From NCBI RefSeq assembly GCF_009914755.1, contig NC_060940.1: a stretch of 64,000 bases of DNA; one strand, written 5' to 3'. The notes beneath the pieces were generated by a model that saw only the letters and a list, made by a program, of their open reading frames with translations, searched no databases and was not told the DNA's origin. The number at the start of each line of letters is the position of its first letter. The stretch's first letter is position 1. Shown piece by piece: positions 58,731 through 64,000 of the stretch. The DNA is from the human T2T-CHM13v2.0 reference genome, Homo sapiens. The position numbers were made by a program, and so were the translations under genes.

Positions 58731-60390
58731 TTGGAGTCCACTTAGTGAATCCTTTAGATTCTACTCGACGATGATTCCATTCGAGTCCATTCGATGATAC
58801 CATTCAATTCCATTCGTTGATGCTTCCATTCAAGTGCATTCGATGATATCATTCGATTCCATTTGATGATAATTCCATTTGATTCCATGCGATGATTCTA
58901 TTCGATTCCATTCAATGATAATTCCATTCAATTCAGTGATTCCTCTGGACTCCATTTGATGATGATTCCATTCAATGATTCCATTCGATTCTATTCGAAA
59001 ATGATTCCATTTGAATCCATTTGATGATGATTCCATTAGATTCCATTTGATGATTCCATTCGATTCCATTCGACGATGATTCCATTCGATTCCGTTTGAT
59101 GATTCCATTCTATTCTATTCGATGATGATTCCATTCGATTCCATTCGATGATGATTGGATTCGATTCCATTGGATGATTTCATTTGATTCCATTCGTTAA
59201 TGATTTCGATCAATTCCATTCGATGATTCCATTCGATTCCATTCGATAATGATTACATCCGAGTCCATTCGATGATTCCCTTTGAGCCTGTTCGATAATT
59301 CCATTTGAGTCCAACCAATGATTCCATTCATTTCCATTCAATGATTCCATTCGAGTCCATTTGATCATTCCGGTAGGGTCCATTCGATGTTGATTCCATT
59401 GGAGTGCATTCGATGATTCCATTCGAGTCCATTTTAGGATTTGATTTGAGTCCTTTCGATGATTCCATTCGATTCCACTCGATGATGATTTCATTCGAGT
59501 CCATTCGACACTTCCAATCGATTCCATTTGATGATTCCATTCGAGTCCAATTGATGATTCCATTCAATTCCATTCGATGATGATTCCGTACGATTCCATT
59601 CTGTGATGATTCCATGTGATTGCATTCAATGATGATTCCTTTCGATTGCATTCGATTATGATTCATTTCGTGTTCATTCTATGGTTCCACAGGTTTCCAT
59701 TCGTGTCCATTCCATTATTCCATTCTATTCCATTTGATGATGATTCCATTCGATTCCATTCATTGGTGATTCCACTCAATTCCATTCAATGATTCCATTC
59801 CATTTCTTTCAACAATGATTCCATTAGTTTCTAATCGATGATCCACTTGATTCCATTTGACGACGATTCCATTCTTGTCCATTCGATGATTCCATTTGAT
59901 TCCATATGATGATGATTCCATTCGATTCCATACCATGATGATTCCATTCGAGTCCATTCAATGGTGATTCCATTCAATTCCATTCGATGATTCCTTTTGA
60001 TTCCATTCGATGATGATGGCATTCGATTCCTTTCAATCATTCCCTTTGATTCCATTCAAAGGTGATTTCATTCAAGTCCATTCGATAATTGCATTCGATT
60101 CCATTCTATGATGATTCCATTCGAGTCCATTTGATGATTCCATTCAATTCAAGTCAATGATGATTCCATTCGATTCCATTCGATGATTCCATTGGATTCC
60201 ATTCGATGATGATTCCATTCAAATCCATTCGATAATTCAATTCAAGTCCATTCGATGATGATTCCAATCGAATCCATTCAAAGATTCCATTCAGTTCCAT
60301 TCGATGATTCCCTTAGATTCCATTCGATGATTCCACTTGATTGCATTTACGATGATTCCATTCGATTCCATGTGATGATTCCATTCAATT

Positions 60391-63300
60391 CTATTCAATG
60401 ATGTCTCCATTTGATTCCATTCGACCATGATTGCCTTTGATTCCATTCAATGATTCCATTCGGTTCCGTTTGATGATGATTCCGTTCGATTCCATTTGAT
60501 GATTCCATTTGATTCCATTGGATGAGTCCATTCGATTACATTCGATGATTATTCCATTCGAGTGCATTAGATGATTCCATTCGAGTCCATTCGATGATTC
60601 CATTCGATTCCATTCGATGTTGATTCTGTTCAAATCCATTCGATGATTCCACTCGATTCCATTCGTTGACTCCATTTGATCCCATTCGATGATTTCCTTT
60701 GATTCCCTTTGATGATCATTCCATTTGATTCAATTCGGTGATTTCATTTGATTCCATTCAGTGATGTTTCCATTCGACTCCATTCGATGATGATTCCATT
60801 CGACTCCATTCGATTATGATTTCATTCAATTCCATTCGATAATGATTCCCTTCGAGTCCATTCGATGATTCCATTCGATTCCATTCAACGATGATTTGAT
60901 TCGTGTCCATTCGATGATTCCATTTGATTCCACTTGATGATGATTCCATTCGAGTCCATTTGATGATTCCATTCAATTCCATACTCCGATGATTTCTTTT
61001 GAGCCCACTCAATGCTTCCACTCGATTCCATATGATGATGACTCCATTCGATGAAATTCGATGATGATTCCATTCGCTTGCTTTCGATGATGATTCCACT
61101 TGAGTCCGTTAGAAGATTCTATTCAATTACATTCCATGACGATTCCGTTCGAGTCCATTTGATGATTCCATTAGACTCCATTCGACGATGATTCCATTCG
61201 ATGTTATTCGATGATTCCATTCGATCTCATTCGATGATGATTCCATTCAACTCCATTCGATGTTTCCATTCGAGTTCATTCTATTATTCCATTAGATTCC
61301 ATTCGATGATGATTCCATTCGATTCCATTTGATGATTGCATTCTATTTCATTTGATGATGATTCCATTCGAGTCCACTCGATGATTCCATTCGAGTCCAT
61401 TTAATGAATCCATTGGTTTCAATTCTATGATGATTACATTGGATTCCATTCGTTGATGATTTCATTCGGTTCCATTCAATGATGATTCCATTCAATTCCT
61501 TTCAATGTTTCCATTCAATTCCATACGATGATGATTCCATTTGATTTGATTCGACAGTGAGCCATTCGATTCAATTCCATGACGATTCTATTTGATTCAA
61601 TTGGTTGACATTTCCATTCGATTCCATTCGATGATGATTCCCTTTGATTCCGTTCAAAGATGATTCCATTCTAGCCCATTCAATCATTCCATTCGATTCT
61701 ATTCAATGATGATTCCATTCATGTCGATTTGGTGATTCCATTTGACTTCATTTGATGATGATTCCTTTCAAGTTCATTAGATGATTCCATTCGATTCCAT
61801 TTGATGATGATCCCATTCGAGTCCATTCAGTGATTCCATTCGTTTCCATTCCATGATGATTCCATTCCTTTCCATTCAATGATTCCATTCGATTCCGTTT
61901 GATGATGATTTCATTCGAGTCCATTTGATGATTCCATTTGATTCCATTCGATGATGATTCCATTCGAGTCCATTCGATGATTCTATTCGAATCCATTTGA
62001 TGATTTCTTTTGATTATATTTGGTGATGATTCCATTGGAGTCCATTCAATGATTCCATTCTATTCCAATCGATGATGATTCCATTAGAGTCCATTTAATG
62101 ATTCCATTTGATTCCAGTCTCTGATGATTACATTCGAGTCCATACGATGATTCCACTCAATTCCATATGATGATGATTCCATTTGATTCCATTCGGTGAT
62201 TCCATTCTATTCTATTCAATGGTGATTCCATTCGAGTACATTAGATGATTCCATTCGATTCCATTCAATGATGATTCTATTTGTGTCCCTTAGATGATTC
62301 CACATGATTCCATTACATGATGATACTATTTGAGCCCATCCAATGATTCCCTTCGATTCCATTCGATGAGGATTCCATTCGATTCAATTCATTGGTGATT
62401 CTATTCAATTCAATTCTTTGATTCCATTCCATTCCATTCGACAATGATTCCATTCGATTTCTTTCGATGATTCCACTCGATTCCACTTGACATTGATTCC
62501 ATTCGATTCCATTCAATGATTCCATTTGATTCCAGTGGATGATGATTGCCATCGATTCCATTCGATCACTCTATTCTATTCCATTTGATGATGATTACAT
62601 TCGATTCCATTTGATGATTCCATCTGATTCTATTCGAGGATTCCATTTGATTCCATTCGATGATGATTCCATTCGAGTCCATTCGATGATTTCATTCGAG
62701 TACATCCAATGATTCCATTCGAGTCCATTAGATGATTCCATTTGATTCCATTTGAAAATGATTCTACTAGAGTCCATTCAATGACTCCATTCGAGTCCAT
62801 TCAACAATTCCATTCGACTCCATTCGATGATTCCATTCGATTCCATTTGATGGTTCCATTCGAGTCCATTTAATCATTACAGTCGAGTCCATTTGGTGAT
62901 TCCACTGGATTTCTTTTGATAATGATACCATTCAATTACATTTGATGATGATCCCATTCAATTTCATTTGATGATGATTCCATTAGAGTCCATTCGATGA
63001 TTTCATTCGAGTCCCTTCATTGATTCCATCCGATTTCATTGGATGATGACTCCATTCGAGTCCATTCGATGATTCCACTCGATTCCATTAGATGACTCCA
63101 TTGGAGTCCATTTGATTGTTCCATTCGATTCCATTCGATTCCTTTCGAAGATTATTCCATTTGAGTCCATTCGATGATGATTCCATTCCATTCCATTCGA
63201 TGATTCCGTTTGATTCCATTCGATGATTCCCTTCGATTCCTTTCTTTGATGATTCCATTCCATTCCATTCAATGATTCCATTCGAATCTATTCCATGATG

Positions 63301-64000
63301 ATTCCTTTCGATTCCATTCGCTGATGTTTCCGTTCAATTCCATTCGATGATGATTCCATTCGATTCCATTCATTGAGGATTCCATTTGATTCCATTCAAT
63401 GATGATTCCATTCTATTCCATTCAATGATTGCATTCAATTCCATTCAATGATTATCCCCTTAGAGTAAACTCAACGATTCCATTCAATACCATTCGATGA
63501 TGATTCCTTTTGAGTCCATTCAATGATTTCATTCAAGTCCATTTGATGATTCCTTTCAATTCCATTCTATGATGATTCCATTCGAGTCCATTCGATGATT
63601 CCATTCGATTGCATTCGATGATTCCATTATATTCCATTCAACAGTGATTCCATTCGAGTCAATTCCATGATTCCATTAGAGTACATTTAATGATTGCTTT
63701 GTTTTCAATTCGAAGATGATTACATTGGATTCCATTCTATGATACCATTCGATTCCATTCAATGATGATTCCACTCAAATCCATTGGATGATTCCATTCG
63801 TGTCCATTCGGTGATTTCATTACATTCCATTCGAGGATGATTCCATTCGATTCCATTCGATGATTCCATTCAATTCCATTCGATGATGATTCCATTCCAG
63901 TCCATATGATCATTCCATTTGATTTCATTCGATGATGATTCCATTCAATTCGATTCGACGATTCCATTCTATTCCATTCGATGATGATTCCATTCGAGTC
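60391..64000 (+). repeat. Canonical unit, cut off by the window end
   Basis: Landmarks 60758, 61748, 62313, 63036 and 63737 equal the previous unit's +6112. Confidence 0.93.

Larger units (their letters stand above)
54279..60390 (+). repeat. Canonical 6112-bp HSat2 unit (used as reference)
   Basis: Landmarks recur at both -6112 and +6112. Confidence 0.95.
1..64000 (+). repeat. Human satellite II (HSATII/HSat2) pericentromeric tandem array, probably HSat2B with a ~6.1-kb period (chr16q11.2-like)
   Basis: Continuous (ATTCCATTCG)1-2(ATG)1-2 modules giving CATTCGATTC, CATTCGAGTC and CATTCGATGATG throughout, rather than the pure (CATTC)n with CAACCCGAGT of HSat3. One orientation. Landmark ORFs recur at exactly 6112 bp (48167, 54279, 60391). 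Family call is strong; subfamily and chromosome are inferred from the period. Confidence 0.96.

Noticed and set aside
11-63967. Numerous minus-strand ORFs of 60-148 aa (MESSNGIEWNHRM...)
   Set aside because: They are translations of the GGAAT/CATCAT satellite strand, where ATG is frequent and stops are sparse. They are low complexity, overlap in several frames and open or close with single substitutions. Used only as positional landmarks.
1-64000. CRISPR-like pattern of 23-26-bp recurring motifs
   Set aside because: There are no unique spacers between invariant repeats, no leader and no cas genes. The intervening sequence is the same satellite and recurs at kb periods.
1-64000. HSat3 (e.g. 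DYZ1 or chr9) or alpha satellite assignment
   Set aside because: No long pure (CATTC)n runs (about three at most), no CAACCCGAGT motif seen, no 171-bp monomer or CENP-B box. CATTCGATTC and GATGATG dominate, as in HSat2.
1-64000. A novel gene-encoded biological system, tRNA/rRNA genes, or (GGAAT)n fold-back structures as a specific element
   Set aside because: There is no non-satellite sequence to host genes, and no cloverleaf or long inverted repeat was seen. Pure GGAAT runs are too short to single out any locus.

Overview
The whole 64 kb is one uninterrupted, single-orientation array of human satellite II type DNA (HSATII/HSat2), built from ATTCCATTCG plus (ATG)1-2 modules with CATTC on the + strand. 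I see no genes, RNA genes, transposon insertions or CRISPR arrays, and every ORF in the track is a translation of the satellite. Using recurring ORFs and rare motifs as landmarks, the array has a 6112-bp higher-order unit, exact at 48167/54279/60391. That period matches my recollection of the ~6.1-kb HSat2B unit of the chr16 pericentromeric heterochromatin (16q11.2); this placement is an inference. Successive unit lengths are 1604, 5532, 6152, 6131, 5883, 9193, 9311, 4350, 6112 and 6112 bp, and each reconciles arithmetically with 6112 through specific indels. What is interesting here is satellite evolution: a near-identical 9193-bp tandem duplication, an older ~6.7-kb duplication primed by an internal 610-bp-spaced repeat, microhomology-bounded deletions, a ~0.9-kb unique HSat2 segment, conversion-like patches, and a left-to-right shift from heterogeneous to homogeneous units. 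I found no evidence of a novel gene-encoded system. All comparisons were made by eye, so breakpoints are approximate.
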